The position numbers were made by a program, and so were the translations under genes. From NCBI GenBank assembly GCA_034439715.1, contig JAWXAY010000102.1:1-11212 (forward strand): 11,212 bases of DNA, read 5' to 3'. This stretch comes from Pseudomonadota bacterium. Lineage in GTDB: Bacteria > Bdellovibrionota > Bdellovibrionia > Bdellovibrionales > SG-bin7. Each line of letters begins with the position of its first letter. The first letter of the stretch is position 1. Positions 6,660 through 11,212 of this stretch are shown here, piece by piece. The notes beneath the pieces were generated by a model. It saw only the letters and a program-made list of their open reading frames with translations. It was not told the origin of the DNA and did not search any database.

Positions 6660-7106
6660 CTAGATATTTTTTATTTTTAAACCCATGCGAAGCGCATTGG
6701 CAAAATTTCTTTGAGCCGAGAGTTTGTTAAGCTCTTGAACTAAGAAATTTCGAAAAAAAGTGATAAGCGCTCTTCGCGCTAAAATTTTTCTTCTAAATAA
6801 ATCAAAAGACTTTTTGTTACTTGAAACTGGAGAGCAGTAGGCAGCCACTCGTTGACTAGCTCTACAACTATCTAGACGATCCTCGAGACGACTGCTGACT
6901 AAGGCGAGATCTGTAATAGCTAACTCCAGGGCGTAATCTGTAACGTTTTTAGGTTCATGGTTACCTACTGTGGCAAGGCTCACAGCGCTTTCTATCTGCG
7001 CCTCGTAACCTAATAGCCATTGATTTACGGGGGCCACCTTGGCTGAGCTTTCGCTGCCAATAGATAAGACCATAACCAATATCAACCCAAGTGAACTTAG
7101 GAACAT
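6660..7106 (-). CDS. Hypothetical exported protein (~148 aa)
   Basis: Open frame filling the gap between two co-oriented genes. MFLSSLGLILVMVLSIGSESSA looks like a signal peptide. The start is uncertain (7106, 7124 or 7154). Confidence 0.55.
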   Translation of the reverse strand: MFLSSLGLILVMVLSIGSESSAKVAPVNQWLLGYEAQIESAVSLATVGNHEPKNVTDYALELAITDLALVSSRLEDRLDSCRASQRVAAYCSPVSSNKKSFDLFRRKILARRALITFFRNFLVQELNKLSAQRNFANALRMGLKIKNI

Positions 7107-7216
7107 TCGAAACCACTCCCCCATTGAAGTTGGGGGAATATCCGTCGGAAGCACCTATTAAGCAATAGGTAGAGATTTTAGGGAAAACCTTTCAATAAAT
7201 CCTGTTGCCGACCCTT

Positions 7217-10200
7217 TTATTTAGGCTTCATTGAAAAGTAAATTTTTACACGAGGTTTTCTTTCAATAAAATCGTTACTTTGAGAGTCCTCACTATTGGC
7301 ATACTGCGCTTCCACCTCAACTGCGGGACGCACGACTTTAAAGTAAAATCCCTTTTTTTCCACATTTACCGTATCCGTATATCGCCTCTTAGTTTTAGGC
7401 ATTTCTTGCTCAAGGTCATAATACTCAGATACGGCTTTATAACTCGTCAACTCTTTATTAAGGGCTTCATCTGGCACCAAGTTCATAGATTTGAGCTCCA
7501 CCTTATAGGACTGAATTGGCGTAAAATCGCCGTCCGCACTGGGTCTAAACGGCGATAGGCCCGTAACGTGAGAAGCGCCGTGGGCAAAGGGGCGAGTAAC
7601 CCATTTAAACTTGCTGTAATCCATGGGATGATTTTCATTACTGAGTTCTCGAGAATAAATGAGCGAGCGTCCTTCGTACTGAATCTTATTCATCACATTG
7701 AGTGTGCCTTTATATTTAGAACAGTCAGCCTCTACGCCTTCTAAGTATTTGTAATACTCGGTGTGGGAAAAGCACACGAACTCGGCCCTTTGGGCATCCG
7801 TAGTAGTTTTTAATGGCCCCGGAAGAGTGATGTCATTGTAGTATCCATGCTCGTCAAAGTACTCTGGGTTCTTCCAGACAGAAGGCAACAGAAACTCTTT
7901 TTTGTTAGAGTTGAGGACCAATAAATAGCCTTTGCCATCTTGCAATAGCGAATTATTACTCACACGATCATATTTAGAATTGTAATACCATACTACAACT
8001 CCTGGCTGATAACTCGCCGTCAATATACGAAATCGCTCGAGGGAATCGCTTTCGCCCGGTAAGAAAAAACTCTGGCTACTAGGTCCAATATTTCGGTCAA
8101 AGTTATAAGACCTTCCTGCCTTAGTTGACACAAAGTCAGTCGTGGGATTTCGATACTCAAAAAGATAAAATTGATTGTGATCGAGATACTGAATGCCATC
8201 TTTAATTTTAAAAAATGAGCCAAACGAACTGTCAGCAGTCGCACCTTCGAAATCTACTTTTTGTGTGCCAAGACTAATATTATCAACAACAATCCCCAGC
8301 TCAGTGTAACCAGGATCAGTCACATAACGGACCTCGAGTTCAATTTCACTTCCGGCTAAGGCGCTGACATCATATTTTTTACTGACCCAAATTGGAGTAC
8401 GACAAACGGCGAGTTTCTTTTTAAATTCTTCGGTTTCTGCTTCCGTCGATGTTTTAGAAAAAACTTTTAGCCGCAGTTCTTTCACGCGGGCTACTTCACA
8501 AGTAACGTTAGATTCTACCAATGAGTCTTGATCCGCATCGCCAGAAAGAAGTCTCAGTCGGTCAACTTCTTTGCCATTAATTAGAACCAAAGCAATATCA
8601 TAATCTAAAGTCACTTTTATCTGAGGGTCAGCCGATTCAAAATTGGTCTCTGTTTCTATAAAATAAAGAGTTTCAAAGGTGAGTTCAGCGGCCCCTTGAC
8701 TGGGGACATTCAAATTCGCCTTCAATGAATGGGTCTGATTGTCGAACTTACCTGAATAAGCCGTGATGCTGCCTAGCTCTGCTTTATTATCAAAAAGCTT
8801 TCGCGCCTCAGCCGTGGGCGGCATCATCGCAATTGCAGATCGGTAGACGGCCTCATTGGTTTCTGGTACGCGAGAAAGCACATCATAAGTGTGTTCAACA
8901 TTGTTGGGACCAACTGTTTCTGTCACAAGGTCGGTCTCTAAAGAGGTGTTAGCACTTTGACGACGCTCAGGACTCACGAAGTTTAATGATCCTAGGTAAA
9001 GTGATCCCAAACCAAGCCCGGGATTCACAATTTTTGGCGACAACCAGCCCAACGATAGTCTGCTATAGGAACTCTGCTCCTGAGCGTAATTCGTGGAATT
9101 AGAACTCATGATTTCCCACTCACCTGTCGAATTCCCTTCAGACTTTGTCGCGTAAACATCAGGTAGCGTGAGTGAGTGTCCAAACTCATGAATGAAAGTA
9201 GAAACGTCAGAAGTTTCTGACTGCATATTGTAATCTAACGCATAAACCGCATCATTAATTTTAAGACCATTTAACGAAGGACGTTCAAGACCTTCAACGT
9301 CTGGCCCCTTTTCAAGATAATCAGGATCATCTTTTGCTAATGAAATTCCTGAACGATGTGGCCAAATTCTGTTGAAACACTCTACGGCTGCTTTCTTTCG
9401 GGGACCTTCGGGGTAATCTTTACTCGAAGGTTTCTCACCTTTTGGATCAAAACTTCTTTGGCAAGACGCCTGCGACTTCCCTGCGTAAACCAGAACAACT
9501 GCGTCAATAAAACCGTCGGATTCGTAATGGTTATTATCGCCGTCGTAATCATAGAGATCCCAACGATCAAACTGCTTCCAAAATTTGGGATCATTTTGCA
9601 ACTTCATCAGTTCTTTCAGGGCATGTACTACGAGATGCTGAGGGTCTTTATCATTAGAACCGCCAATCGCCTCACCATACTCAACCAATTCCTTAGGAGC
9701 TGTCACAATAGGGGCGATTTCTCCCCTGACATCGAGCAGGCCCTGAGACTCGTGCGAATAATAACTATGAAGGCTGTTTTCATTTTCACCAAAAATAGCT
9801 TCGTCGGCGAGGCTCTTACCACTTTGACCTTTAGCAAAATATTCTGGACGCATAAATTTAACATCTGCAAACTGAACGGGAATAACTAATACATTGTATT
9901 TACCTTTTAGCGAAAAAAGTTGAGTGTTCTCGTTCATTTGATTTGCGAGAAGAGATTGATTGGCCCGAGAGAGGCTTGAAGAAAGCCTTTTCTCGTTGAG
10001 TTTCTCAAGAAGTTTTTTGATCGCCTCCTCTATGGCTTGACGCTCACTTGTGCCTTCATCTAATTTATTGGCTTCTGCTTTTTTTTCTGCCACATTTTTA
10101 GCCAGGTCACCCAAAATAATATCATTTCTTGTCGGTGATAATTTCTGGGATTTCTGACAAGCAGATGTGCCCAACAGAAGCGCTAGCAACAATGTTAAAC

Positions 10201-10228
10201 CTTGAATTTTCGATTGAACTTTTGGCAT
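7217..10228 (-). CDS. M6 family (immune inhibitor A-like) zinc metalloprotease, predicted lipoprotein (1003 aa)
   Basis: HEFGHSLTLPDVY zinc motif, VLVIPVQFAD, YDYDGDNNHYESDGFID and GEWEIMS Met-turn. Lipobox LLGTSA-C. ATG at 10228 has a GAGGGG ribosome binding site, preferred over the track start 10324. Confidence 0.9.
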   Translation of the reverse strand: MPKVQSKIQGLTLLLALLLGTSACQKSQKLSPTRNDIILGDLAKNVAEKKAEANKLDEGTSERQAIEEAIKKLLEKLNEKRLSSSLSRANQSLLANQMNENTQLFSLKGKYNVLVIPVQFADVKFMRPEYFAKGQSGKSLADEAIFGENENSLHSYYSHESQGLLDVRGEIAPIVTAPKELVEYGEAIGGSNDKDPQHLVVHALKELMKLQNDPKFWKQFDRWDLYDYDGDNNHYESDGFIDAVVLVYAGKSQASCQRSFDPKGEKPSSKDYPEGPRKKAAVECFNRIWPHRSGISLAKDDPDYLEKGPDVEGLERPSLNGLKINDAVYALDYNMQSETSDVSTFIHEFGHSLTLPDVYATKSEGNSTGEWEIMSSNSTNYAQEQSSYSRLSLGWLSPKIVNPGLGLGSLYLGSLNFVSPERRQSANTSLETDLVTETVGPNNVEHTYDVLSRVPETNEAVYRSAIAMMPPTAEARKLFDNKAELGSITAYSGKFDNQTHSLKANLNVPSQGAAELTFETLYFIETETNFESADPQIKVTLDYDIALVLINGKEVDRLRLLSGDADQDSLVESNVTCEVARVKELRLKVFSKTSTEAETEEFKKKLAVCRTPIWVSKKYDVSALAGSEIELEVRYVTDPGYTELGIVVDNISLGTQKVDFEGATADSSFGSFFKIKDGIQYLDHNQFYLFEYRNPTTDFVSTKAGRSYNFDRNIGPSSQSFFLPGESDSLERFRILTASYQPGVVVWYYNSKYDRVSNNSLLQDGKGYLLVLNSNKKEFLLPSVWKNPEYFDEHGYYNDITLPGPLKTTTDAQRAEFVCFSHTEYYKYLEGVEADCSKYKGTLNVMNKIQYEGRSLIYSRELSNENHPMDYSKFKWVTRPFAHGASHVTGLSPFRPSADGDFTPIQSYKVELKSMNLVPDEALNKELTSYKAVSEYYDLEQEMPKTKRRYTDTVNVEKKGFYFKVVRPAVEVEAQYANSEDSQSNDFIERKPRVKIYFSMKPK

Positions 10229-10449
10229 TTGATTCCCCTCGGGATGGCTAATTTTCGAATTCCTTTGTACACTGGAACCGCTTTTGCCGCCATAGCCAGA
10301 TATGATGTTGACATCACGTTCCAAGTTGAGTAGCTAGCCATTTAAGTGAGAATATTGTTCGCGTTATTTCTTTTTATTTTGAACTCCTTAAGTAGCCCAA
10401 ATGGTTGGGCTAGTGCTTATACCAACGCCCTGGAAGTTGAGTTCATCTT

Positions 10450-10995
10450 ATGTTGACGTTAATTTCTGGAACAGACAGGAAGAACTCAAACACCCTAAAA
10501 GTTTCGCTTATTGTAAAACGAATTATCGAAGAAAAAGGTGAAAAAGTTCAATTCGTCGATTTGGGTCAGTTGCCGGAAGGTCTTTTTAGTTCAAAAAACT
10601 ATGGCACAGCTCCCTCTTCGTTCGCAGAGTTCCAGCGCATGATTCTCGAAACGGATGGCATCTTGACCGTTGTTCCTGAATATAATGGCAGCTTTCCCGG
10701 TGCACTAAAGTATTTTATTGATTTGTTAAAATTTCCTGAAAGTCTTTTCAGAAAGCCTGCGGGTTTTATTGGACTTGCCGCCGGTCAGTTTGGCGGCCTT
10801 CGCGCTGTGGAACAACTAGAAATGATATTTAACTACCGTGAAGCCAATCTATTTGGGCAAAAGGTATTTATGCCAAAAATTAATGATAAACTCTCGAGTA
10901 ACGGACAAGAAATTGTCGATCCCTTTATTAAGGACCTCCTGCCAAAAATGATATCGGGATTCTTGTCCTTTAGCCAAAAACTTAGTAAACACTAG
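10450..10995 (+). CDS. NADPH-dependent FMN reductase (flavodoxin-like, SsuE/ChrR family; 181 aa)
   Basis: ISGTDRKNSNT phosphate-binding loop, PEYNGSFPGALKYFID signature and GQFGGLRAVEQL. Confidence 0.93.
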   Translation: MLTLISGTDRKNSNTLKVSLIVKRIIEEKGEKVQFVDLGQLPEGLFSSKNYGTAPSSFAEFQRMILETDGILTVVPEYNGSFPGALKYFIDLLKFPESLFRKPAGFIGLAAGQFGGLRAVEQLEMIFNYREANLFGQKVFMPKINDKLSSNGQEIVDPFIKDLLPKMISGFLSFSQKLSKH

Positions 10996-10997
10996 CT

Positions 10998-11212
10998 GTG
11001 CCATTAATTCTTAGAAATTATACTCCTTTCCAATTTTCTATTTTCCGCGTGACCCTTTGTCTTTATATGATGTTCTTGTTCTGGCGGTATCTACCGTCGG
11101 TTTTTGCGAGTGATGGCTTTAGTCTGACCTATCTTGACTTCTTCCCACAAAAATATGTTTTTTCATTTTTTGGAATATTGTCTTTGGCTTTGCTACTCGG
11201 TTTTTATAGGCG
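10998..11212 (+). CDS. Partial membrane protein (5' part only), possibly HTTM-domain; not in the ORF track
   Basis: GTG at 10998, 2 nt after the FMN reductase stop, opens a frame to the window end: MPLILRNYTPFQFSIFRVTLCLYMMFLFWRYLP...FSFFGILSLALLLGFYRR, with two hydrophobic segments. The family assignment is tentative. Confidence 0.6.
   Translation, partial: MPLILRNYTPFQFSIFRVTLCLYMMFLFWRYLPSVFASDGFSLTYLDFFPQKYVFSFFGILSLALLLGFYR

Noticed and set aside
7153..7170. Inverted repeat ACCTATT-AAGC-AATAGGT downstream of the protease gene
   Set aside because: The 7-bp stem is AT-rich with no U tract, too weak to call as a terminator or operator.
4657..9889. Shadow ORFs at 4657-4842, 4930-5226, 5264-5467, 5524-5751, 6470-6730, 7280-7558, 8020-8244, 9356-9889 and 9382-9594
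   Set aside because: They overlap well-supported long genes and have no protein-family features.
10229..10324. 32-aa N-terminal extension of the M6 protease
   Set aside because: ATG 10228 has a GAGGGG ribosome binding site and gives a normal-length lipoprotein signal peptide.

Overview
Bacterial window with two parts. Positions 1-2755 look like the right end of an integrative element. It contains an IHF-consensus site, a ~122-nt imperfect hairpin (17-138), genes for an RHH-like protein, an XRE HTH protein and a 68-aa protein, and a large serine recombinase gene (1028-2755). The recombinase ORF runs antisense into the CCA end of an intact tRNA-Ala(GGC) (2744-2819, minus strand), takes its last three codons and stop from the tRNA, and contains a bidirectional terminator-like hairpin. 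The rest looks like host chromosome: a sigma54-type promoter ahead of an OpgC/DUF1624-like membrane protein and a class A beta-lactamase-fold serine hydrolase, an OmpA-family protein, a small exported hypothetical protein, an M6 (InhA-type) metalloprotease lipoprotein, an NADPH-dependent FMN reductase and the start of a membrane protein. The gene content suggests a Bdellovibrionota/deltaproteobacteria-like host, which is an unverified inference. All protein calls come from motif recognition by eye; no database searches were run.
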